This document shows, piece by piece, positions 62,221 to 64,000 of a DNA stretch of 64,000 nucleotides. Where the stretch lies: positions 63,488,001 to 63,552,000 of the forward strand of contig CM075982.1 in the NCBI GenBank assembly GCA_038087875.1. Direction: 5' to 3'. Every line of letters starts with the position of its first letter. Position 1 is the stretch's first letter. The stretch comes from Malacoraja senta (lineage: Eukaryota). The notes beneath the pieces are model-generated. The model did not search any database, was not told where the DNA came from, and worked only from the letters and a program-made list of their open reading frames with translations. A program made the translations under genes and the position numbers.

Positions 62221-63680
62221 AATCATGGCTGATCTATCTCTCCCTCCTAACCCCATTCTCCTGCCTTCTCCTCATAACTTCTGATACCTGTACTAATTAA
62301 GAATCTATCTATCTATGCCTTAAAAATATCCACTGACTTGGCCTCCACAGCCTTCTGTGGCAATTCCACAGATTCACCAGCCTCTGACTAAAGAAATGTC
62401 TCCTCCACTTCTTCCTAAAAGATCGTCCTTTAATTCCAAGGCTATGACCTCTAGTACTAGACTCTCCCACTAGTGGAAACATTCTCTTCACATCCACTCT
62501 ATCCAAGCCTTTCACGATTCTCTATCCCGATGCTTTCCAGCCCATTGTGAGAGTGTGTGTAGGAGGGAGTTGCAGGCAAGTTTATTGGGTTGCAGGCATG
62601 TATAATCATAGGGACAATAGCATGACTGTATGTGAGTCAAAAAATATTTTGACAGTAAAAACTTGCTTCAAGCTTCAGCTACCAGAAAGTGAAATGAATG
62701 CACTGTAAGTGTGCATTTTAAAATAACATTTAATCCAATCACAATCCCTTCCATTAATTCAATTGTATCATGTAATGACACTAAATATTTCAATTGGCAA
62801 TTACATATTAACTGCCTTTTATTTTTAATTATTGTGCGTTTTATTTTGTGTTGTTAAAAGACACCGTGTACTGTAACATCAGCTACAAATTGAAGAGGTG
62901 AATGTGCAGCAACTTGTTTGCCTTTTGGCACAGCGTGAAATGGCGCCTGAAGTTTAACAAACACAGACGCTTACACACCCGAAAAGGGTGGGGTGTGAGA
63001 GACTTTGAGACTGCTGCTGAACAGGAAGTAAAGTTGAATCTGATCTCAGGAGACAAATTGATGATTCATTCCTTGTAACGTAAGATTCATCAAGATTTAC
63101 ACTGATTAACGCCACAAAAATAATGGACGCAGGTGTCTGATGGTGGCTTTAGTTTTTCAATATTGCTTAAATATATATTGTGATTCCATTCAACTTCATA
63201 ATACTTGCAATGTTCCTGCAAATGTTAAATATTGACGCTTAGGAAGTCGAATTAAAGAAAACTAAATGGTTAAACTGCGTTGCTTTATATCAACTGATAT
63301 CCCTTAATTCTGGACTAGTAAATTGAGAAGCCGTCTTTAGGTAAAATAGTTAAAAGATGTGATATAGTTTAGCCCGGATGTGTGAATTCAATTCAGATTC
63401 CTATTTCATATGTTCTCTTTTATTTGTATAATTGGTGAATTTAATATAATTTTCTATTGCATGGTCACTTTTACAGAAATTTGGAAAGTCAGGCCTGGTT
63501 GAAGTGTAAAACATTCTGGGTGGTAAAGACTGAAGATATGGAAGGCATAAAACATTGATACAATAGTGTTGTTGAGCTTACTTTAAAAACAAATAACCAG
63601 CAGCATTGTTTCCATAAAAGGTGTCTTTTCATCATTCCCTGATTTTCATCGATTTCTCTTACCTCCATACACAATATTTG

Positions 63681-63864
63681 AAACAAAGAACTGCAGATGC
63701 TAGTTTACAAAAAGACAAAGTGCTGGGGGTAACTTAACATGTCAGGCAGCATCTGTGGAGAACATGGATAGGTCTGAAGAAGGCTCCCAACCCAAAACAT
63801 CGCCTATCCATGTTCTCCAGAGATGCTGCCTGACCAGCTGGTTACTCCAGCACTCTGTGTCTTT
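63681..63864. mobile_element. PLE pLTR foldback with a decayed hammerhead core at the apex
   Basis: 63741-63773 pairs with 63802-63834 (33 bp, one mismatch, one G-U) around ctgaagaagg..cccaaaacatc. Confidence 0.85.
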
Positions 63865-64000
63865 TATTTGGTGCAAATTCCAGGATCTTTTTCTTAATTC
63901 AGTTTTGTGGCACTAAGAATTTAAGTTTGCTGGGGTTCTTCAGGTGTTGCAAATTATGATTTTCAATTGATATAAAAGGTAAAACTTTTAGTTTAGTTTA

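Overview
Eukaryotic, non-coding, repeat-dense genomic DNA. It is very probably from a cartilaginous fish (skate/ray-like); this is inferred from abundant HE1-type tRNA-derived SINEs that share their 3' tail with CR1/HER1-type LINEs. I recognise no host protein-coding exon, rRNA, true tRNA or CRISPR array, and every recognisable ORF is a decayed transposon fragment. Roughly half of the window is transposon-derived. It holds many 5'-truncated CR1 LINEs, Rex1/Babar LINE 3' ends, and Penelope-like elements (GIY-YIG, Neptune-type) with about 15 pseudo-LTR fragments carrying minimal hammerhead-ribozyme cores. It also holds about 18 HE1-like SINEs, one RLE-type (HERO-like) retrotransposon 3' end, five PIF/Harbinger-type MITEs, one hAT MITE, two non-autonomous Helitrons (one with a GC-rich minisatellite cargo), an old L2 and three N gaps. 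Most interesting: (i) a candidate split or permuted hammerhead in the HERO-like 3' UTR; (ii) tiny TSD-flanked hammerhead-bearing pLTR units, including a foldback whose breakpoint coincides with the predicted cleavage site; (iii) Helitron and MITE architectures; (iv) a four-level nested insertion; (v) an old unexplained inverted duplication. All calls were made by eye. Boundaries without a TSD or TIR are approximate (tens of bp), and family names need a database check.
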